Shown here: positions 56,649-64,000 of the stretch, one piece after another
Layout of the letters: every line of letters begins with the position of its first letter
Numbering within the stretch: the first letter of the stretch is position 1
Source: an uncultured Acidobacteriota bacterium
Lineage (GTDB): Bacteria > Acidobacteriota > Thermoanaerobaculia > Multivoradales > UBA5704
Direction: 5' to 3'
DNA: 64,000 nt
Assembly (NCBI GenBank): GCA_963732005.1
Contig: CAVSXT010000005.1
Coordinates: 237,788-301,787, forward strand
Position numbers and translations under genes: made by a program
The notes under the pieces: model-generated
What the model was told of the DNA's origin: nothing
Database searches by the model: none
What the model saw: the letters and a program-made list of their open reading frames with translations, nothing else

Positions 56649-58448
56649 GTGCCTGGCGTGCTCGGCAAGCAGCGGCGTCCGAGGAGGCTCCCCGGCGATG
56701 GCGGCGCGGCCGGTGGCCCACGCCCACGGCAGCCTGCCGCCGGCGCCGCCGCTGCCGCGGGCGACGGAGCGGCTGGGGCGGCGGCAGCCGGCGGCACGCT
56801 GAGCCGGCGCGGGCTGATCGGCGGCGGCGCCGCGCTGGCCGGGCTGGCGCTGGCCGGGGACGCGCTGGCGCCCGCCGGTGTGGCCGCCGCCGCCGCCGGG
56901 TCCGCCGCGCCCGGTTCCGGCGCCGTCTCCCCGTCCCACCTCGCCGGCACGGTGGTCCAGGACCGGGCGCGCCATGCCTTCGAGGCGCGGGTCGCGGCCG
57001 CCAGGCTGCAGGAGGGCCAGCCTGCCGCCCGCCACGCCACCAACGGCGACGAGGCGGAGCTGCCCGGCTGGATCGCCTGCTACTCGAAGGGGCTGCCGCA
57101 CGATGCACGAGGCGAGGTGGATGCCGCGGCCTACCGGCTGCTGCTGGACGCCATCGCCTCCGGGCGCCCGGCCGACTTCGAGCGCATCCCGCTCGGCGGC
57201 TTCGTCAAGCTCGCCAACCCGCAAGGCGGCCTTGCGCTCAACCTGATCGGTCCCGATCCGGGCTGCGTCGAGCTCGCGCCGCCGCCGCGCTTCGCCAGCG
57301 CCGAGCAGGGGGCGGAGCTGGTGGAGCTGTACTGGCAGGCGCTGCTGCGCGACGTCGCCTTTGCCGACTACGAGACGCATCCGCTGGCGCGGCGCGCTGC
57401 CGAGGACCTCTCCCGGCTCGCCGGCTTCCGCGGCCCGCGGGACGCGGCCGGCCGGGTGGCGCCGGCGACCCTGTTCCGCGGCACCGGCGCCGCCAGCCTC
57501 GCCGGACCTTACGTATCGCAGTTCCTGTACAGAGACATCTTCCTGCCGCCGATGTGGGTGCCGCAACGGGTACGCACCACGGTCCCGGGGGGCGACTTCC
57601 TGGTCAAGGCCGACGAGTGGCTGGCAGTCCAGAACGGTGCCATCGCCGGCGTCAACCGCTTCGACGAGCACCCGCGCCACCTGCGCAACGGCCGCGACCT
57701 CGGCGAGTTCGTGCACCGCGACTTCAGCTACCAGGGGGCGCTCGACGCCTGCCTGATCCTGCAAAAGATCGGAGCCCTGCCCAACGGCGGCAACCCCTAC
57801 AAGCACTCCCGCACCCAGTCGGGGTTCACCACCTTCGGCGCTCCCTATCTGTTCTATCTCCTGGCCGTGGTCACCCAGGTCGCGCTCACCACCTCCTGGT
57901 ACCAGAAGTGGTGCGTGCACCGGAGGCTGCGGCCGGAGGAGTATGCCGGGCGGGTGGAGGTACAGCGTGCCGGAGGTCGCCAGTATCCGATCCCGGAGGA
58001 GCTGCTGACGTCCGGCGGAGTCGGCGAGGTGGTGAGGCGGCATGGCACGGCACTGCTACCGCAGGCCTATCCCGAGGGCTGCCCGCTGCATCCGTCCTAC
58101 CCGGCGGCGCACGCGGTGATCGCCGGCGCCGGGGTGACGGTGCTCAAGGCGTTCTACGACGAGTCGTACCTGGTGCCTAATCCGGTGATGCCGGCGCCCG
58201 ACGGGTTGGCGTTGCGCCCGTATGCCGGGCCGCCGCTGACGATTGGCGGCGAGTTGGACAAACTGGCCTGGAACATCGCCATGGGGCGGAACTTCGCCGG
58301 CATCCACTGGCGGTCGGACGCTGGCGGTGGGCTCGAGCTGGGGGAGCAGGTGGCGGTGGCGGTGCTGCGGGAGATGAAGCTGACCGGGAACGAGGTGTTC
58401 GCGGGGTTCAGCTTGCGGCGGTTCGATGGGGTGCGGGTGACGGTGTAG
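56649..58448 (+). CDS. Tat-exported vanadium-dependent haloperoxidase-like protein (PAP2 superfamily)
   Basis: Tat motif 'LSRRGLIGG'; 'WYQKWCVHRRLRPEE', 'HPSYPAAHA', 'GRNFAGIHWRSD'. Confidence 0.85.
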   Translation: MPGVLGKQRRPRRLPGDGGAAGGPRPRQPAAGAAAAAGDGAAGAAAAGGTLSRRGLIGGGAALAGLALAGDALAPAGVAAAAAGSAAPGSGAVSPSHLAGTVVQDRARHAFEARVAAARLQEGQPAARHATNGDEAELPGWIACYSKGLPHDARGEVDAAAYRLLLDAIASGRPADFERIPLGGFVKLANPQGGLALNLIGPDPGCVELAPPPRFASAEQGAELVELYWQALLRDVAFADYETHPLARRAAEDLSRLAGFRGPRDAAGRVAPATLFRGTGAASLAGPYVSQFLYRDIFLPPMWVPQRVRTTVPGGDFLVKADEWLAVQNGAIAGVNRFDEHPRHLRNGRDLGEFVHRDFSYQGALDACLILQKIGALPNGGNPYKHSRTQSGFTTFGAPYLFYLLAVVTQVALTTSWYQKWCVHRRLRPEEYAGRVEVQRAGGRQYPIPEELLTSGGVGEVVRRHGTALLPQAYPEGCPLHPSYPAAHAVIAGAGVTVLKAFYDESYLVPNPVMPAPDGLALRPYAGPPLTIGGELDKLAWNIAMGRNFAGIHWRSDAGGGLELGEQVAVAVLREMKLTGNEVFAGFSLRRFDGVRVTV

Positions 58449-58619
58449 CAGGCTCGGAATCCGAATATGCTTCCCGATCCGAGCTGGTGCAGGGGAAGGC
58501 TTTAGTATTTCCGGCAGCAGGAAGCACCGAATCCGGGTCCAGCAGAGATTTGGTAGGATGCTGGAAATGTCCGAGGCGGCCAGGCGGCGGCAAGCACGGA
58601 ATCCAATCAGAGGTTTAGA

Positions 58620-61600
58620 GTGAAGACCGTTAGGATTGCAATCTGCCAGCTCGAATCGCATCCGGCGCTGTATTTCGGCGCAGCTGCCCTCCTCGAGGAA
58701 CCCTTCGTTCCGGCACACAACAAACCATCGCTCGCGAAACTCGGTGCCAGAGGAATCGATGTAATATCGCTTCAGCAAGGCTGCCTAGAACACTATCTTG
58801 GGTGGAATCAAGTTCGCATCGCCAGCGTGTTGACATTCCTAGAGACCGTCGCGCCCCTTCCTGACCTTGTCCTACTTCCAGAAGGCTCAATTCCGATCGA
58901 GCTTCTACCAAGCGTTGGCGAGTGGTCGTCGAAAACTGGAGCAACCGTCCTGGCTGGTACGCATACTCCTCGGAGAACGCCACACGCCCAAGAATGCTAC
59001 AGGGCGATTGGCTTAGACGCAAAAGGCATGAGGCAGTTATTCAAGTATCAGTCATCAAATGTCCTACCATTAATTAGAACGGGGCACGCAGTCATTATCC
59101 CCAAGCGCCATGCTTCTCCGTTCGAGACTTCCACCAGCTCCACGGTTTTGCCGGCCACACCCTCACTGAGGCCATTTTCTTCTGGTGCACCTCAGCATAT
59201 TTTCGAACTATTGCCAATGATATGCTCGGAAGCACTACAGCTTTCCACGGTCGCTAAGCCCTATGACGTAGTGGGCCTTTTGGCCTATGATTCAAGGCCC
59301 ACCCAGTTCGGCGCATTCATTTCAACCCAAGTGCGAAACAAGAAGGCAGTGGCGTTCTGCAACGATGGCGCCTTTGGTGGAAGCTCAATCGCGACAGCTC
59401 TCGACAACAGGATGTCGAGTTGGCTTCACGAGACTTTGCCCAACGGCCTTCCGGCAGGCGATGCTATCCTCGTGGCAGACATCGATCTCGACGTGACCGC
59501 GGTAGAGGTGGGTACGGCGGTGCCGGGGGTATCAATGCGGCTTGTGTTGCTTGCCTCTATCGTTGGTGAGCACCATCCCGCAAGTGAAGCAGCTCGGCAA
59601 ATGGCTGAGGTGCGGGAACTCGGCCAGTCAACAGCGCGCGCTGCACAGCTAGAGGAGCTGTTGCGCAGGCCTTTGGAAACGTTGCAACGTGTCCGTCTCG
59701 ATCAACTTCTGACTGTGGAGGCACGTGGACTTCCGTCGGAAGAGTTGTGGCGGGAACTAGGCCGAGATTGTATCCTTCCTGGGCTCTCTTCGCTTCGCGA
59801 ACTCGAAGCCCAACTGAGCTCTAGATGTTCACGCTACCTTACTCCGCTCCTCGGATCCTCCTTGACGCAAAAGGAGGAGGTGGCGATTCCTTTTATGCAA
59901 TATCTCGCCGAGTGCAATCGCCGGATGGGAGCACAGGCGCCCGATGATACCAAGGCAAAGGCTGAAGACTATGCCATCGCAATAGTCGACCGTGAGCGCG
60001 AAACCTCTTCCGTTCATCTCTTTCTAGACGAACCGACTCAGCTAGTTCTGGAAGTTACCGGTCTTAACGGGATTGGGAAAACCTCGACTCTTAAGAAAGC
60101 CCTTACGCAATCTGGAATATCAGCCACACTCAGGATCATTCTTACTGATACCTCCTCAGTGGATTATATCCTCTACTCTGTGCTTCAGTATGGTGGAGGC
60201 CAGCCACGACCACCCTACAGCGATCCTGCCCAAGTCGCCAGTGGTCCAGCCTTGCGGGCCGCGTTGAGATCAATTCGTGTCTTGATACTTGAAGGCGCAC
60301 ACTATCTCTTGGATCGAGATGCCTGGCGAGATGCGCGTTTCCCGTCTGTAATCGCAGCGCTGTTGGATTCTGCTGATGCGACGCGAACGAAAATCATTAT
60401 AGAGTCGCGCCATGAGCTGCCCCTGGCGCTAGGGCATCCTGCTTCAAGGGCAAAGCTGCATGTTAGGGGCCTCAGCAAGGAGGCGAATAGATTTGGGGTT
60501 GCACTCTTCGATGCGCAGTTACGCCGTGTCAACCTTCTCCCAAGCGTTGTCGGCGATCGCGAGAAGAGCACTATCGTCGACAAACTTGGTGGTCATCCTG
60601 TTGCCATCGCGCTGGCGGCTGACGTGTCATACGAGGAAGGTGTCGATGCTTTGCTCGCTTCCCTAAGGGATCGTCGCGGTTTCTTTTTGCATTTTCTCGA
60701 AGAACTGGTTCGGGGATTGAAGCTCACGGATGATCAGGCGACTGTCATGCGACTTCTTTGCGTAGCGCGGTCAGGCGTTCCGCGTGCCGTCATACTGGAA
60801 TCAGTACCGTTTGCAGCTGGCCCCAGCCTTCGAGAGCTCATTGCCATGGGTGCTGTAGAGGTCGGCCCAAACGGTTGGGTTGAGGTTGCCTCCGTACTGC
60901 GCGACTACTTTGACTCCTCTGAAGTTCCGCCCGACGTGCTGAAATCATTTCATGCGGCTGCAGCGCAGGCTCTCGCTCGCATGGTGCAAGAAAGCGATGG
61001 CGGTGCTGTGGGCCTAGCTGTCGAGGCAGAGTATCACGCGGCTCTAGGGGGGATTGAGTCTCCGGTATCGACAGGCCTGGTAGATGGTGCTGTTGCAACG
61101 GCGCAGGAGTTTTACGCGCAGCAACGATACGACGAGGCGGCGGCGATCCTCGCGCCACTTGCGAGAGCGAAGCAGTCGCTGGATATCCTTCGGCTTGCCG
61201 CGCAGGTGGAGGCGAGGCGTAATAACTTCGATGCGGCTCTTTCCTTTGCACGAGAGGTCTTTAAGCGGAATCCGAGGGACACTTCACTCCTGGCGGAGCT
61301 TTCGAAGATCACGCTCACTCAGTTCCAAGATGAAATTACAGAGCAACTTGTCAGCATTGCTCGGTCTTCTGCTGTTGAGGATGTGAGCATTATGATTGTG
61401 GAGGGTCGTCTGCATCTTCGGAGAGGGAACTTCCCTGCTGCCGAGACGGTGCTGAGGAAGGCTGCGCAGCTGACAGAGAAGAATCCTTGGCCATTTTTCT
61501 ATCTTGGTAGGACGCTAATACGCAGTGGCAAGTTGGATGAGGCGATAGATGTACTTCATGCCGGCGAGGAGTTCTATTTTAAGGTCGAGGCAAGAGGGAG

Positions 61601-62126
61601 AGCGGCTCTTGACGCCATTAGGACACAGTTGGGCATTGCCTACCTGCTGGACGATAAGCTAGAGCTAGCGGCGACGATCCTTGAGTCGGTGCTTCAGCAG
61701 GACAAACCCAATCCAGAAGGTATTCGGGCATTGGCTGCGCTTGCGATTAAGCGCGATGGCGTTAAGGAAGCTCATCAGGTGCTTGAGCGACTGCAGGAAG
61801 CTGGGATTAAGAGTCGAGCCGATGAAGCTCAGTTCCGGCTGCTGTACGGTCTTTTTTATTTGGGTATAGACGACCTTAACAAAGCCAGCGCTGAATTTGG
61901 CAAGGCACACAACGCAGATAGGACGAACGTATTTGTGATGATGAAGTGGGCGAGGACTCTGTTTGATCTCGCAGTCAGTCGCTTCTCGGAATCCGATGAA
62001 ACTTACAAGGTTTATGTGACTGACTGCGCCAGGCTGGTTAGAAAGATTCTGGAATTTGATCCAGATAATCACGAAGGAGTCCGCCTCATGGAGAGTCTCA
62101 GGAACCGTTTTGGAGTGGATATCTGA
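58620..62126 (+). CDS. Nitrilase-fold (CN hydrolase) + STAND-like NTPase + TPR fusion protein
   Basis: N-terminal 'VRIAICQ', 'LLPEGS', 'IPKRHASPFE', 'MICSEAL' (E-K-C triad); Walker A 'GLNGIGKT' near 60060; 'LGGHPVAIALAA' (GxP); C-terminal TPRs; low GC. Confidence 0.72.
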   Translation: MKTVRIAICQLESHPALYFGAAALLEEPFVPAHNKPSLAKLGARGIDVISLQQGCLEHYLGWNQVRIASVLTFLETVAPLPDLVLLPEGSIPIELLPSVGEWSSKTGATVLAGTHTPRRTPHAQECYRAIGLDAKGMRQLFKYQSSNVLPLIRTGHAVIIPKRHASPFETSTSSTVLPATPSLRPFSSGAPQHIFELLPMICSEALQLSTVAKPYDVVGLLAYDSRPTQFGAFISTQVRNKKAVAFCNDGAFGGSSIATALDNRMSSWLHETLPNGLPAGDAILVADIDLDVTAVEVGTAVPGVSMRLVLLASIVGEHHPASEAARQMAEVRELGQSTARAAQLEELLRRPLETLQRVRLDQLLTVEARGLPSEELWRELGRDCILPGLSSLRELEAQLSSRCSRYLTPLLGSSLTQKEEVAIPFMQYLAECNRRMGAQAPDDTKAKAEDYAIAIVDRERETSSVHLFLDEPTQLVLEVTGLNGIGKTSTLKKALTQSGISATLRIILTDTSSVDYILYSVLQYGGGQPRPPYSDPAQVASGPALRAALRSIRVLILEGAHYLLDRDAWRDARFPSVIAALLDSADATRTKIIIESRHELPLALGHPASRAKLHVRGLSKEANRFGVALFDAQLRRVNLLPSVVGDREKSTIVDKLGGHPVAIALAADVSYEEGVDALLASLRDRRGFFLHFLEELVRGLKLTDDQATVMRLLCVARSGVPRAVILESVPFAAGPSLRELIAMGAVEVGPNGWVEVASVLRDYFDSSEVPPDVLKSFHAAAAQALARMVQESDGGAVGLAVEAEYHAALGGIESPVSTGLVDGAVATAQEFYAQQRYDEAAAILAPLARAKQSLDILRLAAQVEARRNNFDAALSFAREVFKRNPRDTSLLAELSKITLTQFQDEITEQLVSIARSSAVEDVSIMIVEGRLHLRRGNFPAAETVLRKAAQLTEKNPWPFFYLGRTLIRSGKLDEAIDVLHAGEEFYFKVEARGRAALDAIRTQLGIAYLLDDKLELAATILESVLQQDKPNPEGIRALAALAIKRDGVKEAHQVLERLQEAGIKSRADEAQFRLLYGLFYLGIDDLNKASAEFGKAHNADRTNVFVMMKWARTLFDLAVSRFSESDETYKVYVTDCARLVRKILEFDPDNHEGVRLMESLRNRFGVDI

Positions 62127-62248
62127 TATCTAGCCCTAATGGCGCGTTGGGACCTGGGTTCACGGCCGCTTCGCCGTCACAGAGAACGACCCGACGAGCC
62201 TGGTCGGACGTCTGGCTGTCGTGGGCGAGTGGAAGCCCACAGGGGACC

Positions 62249-63736
62249 TTACAGGCGATTTGTGCCTCTTTTCATACCGAGATGGGCTCTAAACATTGGG
62301 TGAATATCAAATCGCCTGCTATTGGAGACACTGAGACTGAAGGCTTGATGAGGTCCCAGGTAACCACTCTTTGCTGCATGGCCTCGTCCGAGACTTCCAA
62401 AGGGCTCGGCCCGCAAAAAGCCAACTCGCCAGAGAAGGTCGATCAGCCTCCCGGGATCAATGGCAAGACACCATGACTCAGCACCTGGAGCGCTTAGCTC
62501 TCGTTCACAAATTCGAAGACAGTGGTATTCCAAAGCATCTCTTGAGAACGAAATCGGCATGCCGCGAAAGGTCTCAAAGATATCGTCAAGGCCAGGAAAC
62601 TCAAACCTATATTCAGCAGCTGTATCCTTTAGGCGGGCCTCAGAATGAAGAGGCTCAACGGAGCTTATGAGGTCGTAATTAAAAGGAGGCAGTAAAGACC
62701 TCTTCAATGCGAGATCGCGAACTAGTTCGCAAAACTGTATTAGCTCGCGAGGGCGATAGAGAGTGCGGTCCACAAGATATTTAAACGACTTGCCCTGCCG
62801 ATCCGTTAGAGTCTCAGAGAAGACCCTGTTCCAGAGGTGTTCCGCCTGTAGAAAGTTTAACTCCGGGACAGAAACGCGCAATCTCTTCGCTATCATCTCC
62901 AAGAGGCTTTGTTCATCCCATACGAGGAACTCAATGGTGTCGCGATATTTTTGAGCGTCGTCGAATAGAGCTGGGATGCTTCGGTAAAGCTCGAGGCGAA
63001 GCGATAGAATTACCCGAACGCCGTTTTGTTCATTGTTTATTAGCATGGAAGCATTGAAAAGACCTGCTACAAAGGCCCGCGCATCCTCCGAGTTGTCCCA
63101 GCCGCGATCCAACTCGTCAACAAGAACGATTACAGGCTTGGTCCGCGCCAGTATAGCTAGGTGACTAACCGGAGTTGTAAGCTCCTCAAGTCGATATAAC
63201 CGGGCGAGCTCCCGTGCCTTGACACCAGCCTCGAACTTTCCTAGTTTGATGCCCTCAAGCCGTTTAATAAATGATATCAGCATGCCAATTGGATTCACGT
63301 CCATGTTGGCGTGATTGTCTCGTAAGTAGTTATACAGCTTGCCTGCTGCGCCGTGTTTCAGGCGAGAGCCAGTTTTGGTAACTGCCTTCATGGCAGACAG
63401 ATATATGATGTATCTCCAGGCGGCCGCGTATGCAGCCTGCTTTGCCCATGCTCCATCCTCTTCCCTCCGCAGGGTGGTTTCAAGGATGCCATACGAGTAG
63501 TCATCAGGTGCGAGTTCCAGTACTGTCGCGCTGCCGCGGAGTCTTGCAGCCAGCGCCTTTAGAATCGCAGTCTTGCCCGCCCCTCGATTTCCAAGGACAA
63601 TTGTCTTGTCGCCATACCTGAGGCGGCGAAAGGATTCAGATTCGAAGAAGTATCTATCGAGGTGCTCCTCTCTTTCGGCAGCAGGTGCGCCAAACGAAAG
63701 ATCGGCTGGATCGATTCGGGTAGTGTGGGTATTCAT
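62249..63736 (-). CDS. P-loop ATPase (Sll1717/FunZ-like)
   Basis: 'FGAPAAERE...L..YF', 'GNRGAGKT', 'VLVDELDRGW', 'RPRELIQF'; low GC. Confidence 0.75.
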   Translation of the reverse strand: MNTHTTRIDPADLSFGAPAAEREEHLDRYFFESESFRRLRYGDKTIVLGNRGAGKTAILKALAARLRGSATVLELAPDDYSYGILETTLRREEDGAWAKQAAYAAAWRYIIYLSAMKAVTKTGSRLKHGAAGKLYNYLRDNHANMDVNPIGMLISFIKRLEGIKLGKFEAGVKARELARLYRLEELTTPVSHLAILARTKPVIVLVDELDRGWDNSEDARAFVAGLFNASMLINNEQNGVRVILSLRLELYRSIPALFDDAQKYRDTIEFLVWDEQSLLEMIAKRLRVSVPELNFLQAEHLWNRVFSETLTDRQGKSFKYLVDRTLYRPRELIQFCELVRDLALKRSLLPPFNYDLISSVEPLHSEARLKDTAAEYRFEFPGLDDIFETFRGMPISFSRDALEYHCLRICERELSAPGAESWCLAIDPGRLIDLLWRVGFLRAEPFGSLGRGHAAKSGYLGPHQAFSLSVSNSRRFDIHPMFRAHLGMKRGTNRL

Positions 63737-64000
63737 GAAAGGCGAAAATGTTCTATTAGCCGCTGCCTACCTGAGGCAATATGGTCAATTGCAGCCGCGG
63801 AGTCAAGGAAGTTGCAATGGCGCAATGAGCGCATATGCAAATAGGGCCATTGATTCCACGCAGGTGTGGGGAGAGAAGGAGCCATCTCTGCTAGTGAAAA
63901 GGGGGCTCGCTGACGAATTCAAGGGCCAGCGCGGGAAGTGCGCTCCAATTACGGCACTGCCACGGGACCGGCGGCGGTTCCGCTGATCAATTGCAGGTCT

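Larger units (their letters stand above)
26563..64000. mobile_element. tRNA-Ser-anchored genomic island (right end not seen)
   Basis: Tyrosine integrase immediately 3' of the tRNA; no housekeeping genes afterwards; cargo of CRISPR, IS, TA-like, defence and surface genes; several lower-GC blocks. No second copy of the tRNA 3' end was found by eye, so the extent is uncertain. Confidence 0.65.

Noticed and set aside
26563-64000. attR (second copy of the tRNA-Ser 3' end)
   Set aside because: I looked in the intergenic gaps at 43.2, 44.6-44.9, 58.45-58.6 and 62.1-62.25 kb and saw no match to TTCGAATCCCACTCCCTCCGCCA; it is probably outside the window.

Overview
High-GC bacterial chromosome segment, most consistent with Acidobacteriota (Thermoanaerobaculia-like; inferred from the ADOP duplicated permease, the Acidobacterial Hfq-like protein and the peptide/TPR families). 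1-26.5 kb is core-like: rph, a DUF4331/DUF4198/ECF sigma/RskA cluster, pta, purD, ricT, hfq-like, pdxA, an ADOP permease, a surface-glycan cluster, an orphan lanthipeptide-like precursor, and serS overlapping tRNA-Ser(TGA). From 26.56 kb to the window end is a tRNA-Ser-anchored, integrase-led genomic island; no attR was seen. Its cargo, in order: (i) a cas-less 17-repeat CRISPR array with type III-like repeats, with an IS256 element inserted in one spacer; (ii) SymE-like, SprT-like and RHH genes plus a branched palindromic element; (iii) four paralogous TPR-like proteins (two with XRE-HTH) around a small secreted peptide carrying twin C-x(3)-DP[ND]G-x-C modules, next to a truncated sigma-like ORF and a double-glycine peptide. 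This is a candidate RRNPP-like peptide signalling system and the top finding. Then: (iv) an AbiJ/Abi_C defence gene; (v) giant Ig-repeat surface proteins, one with a compositionally distinct Cys-rich tip followed by STN-like+Ig genes; (vi) a Tat-exported vanadium haloperoxidase-like enzyme; (vii) a low-GC block encoding a nitrilase-STAND-TPR fusion and a Sll1717-like P-loop ATPase. All family assignments come from motif recognition by eye; no database searches were run and GC statements are visual estimates.
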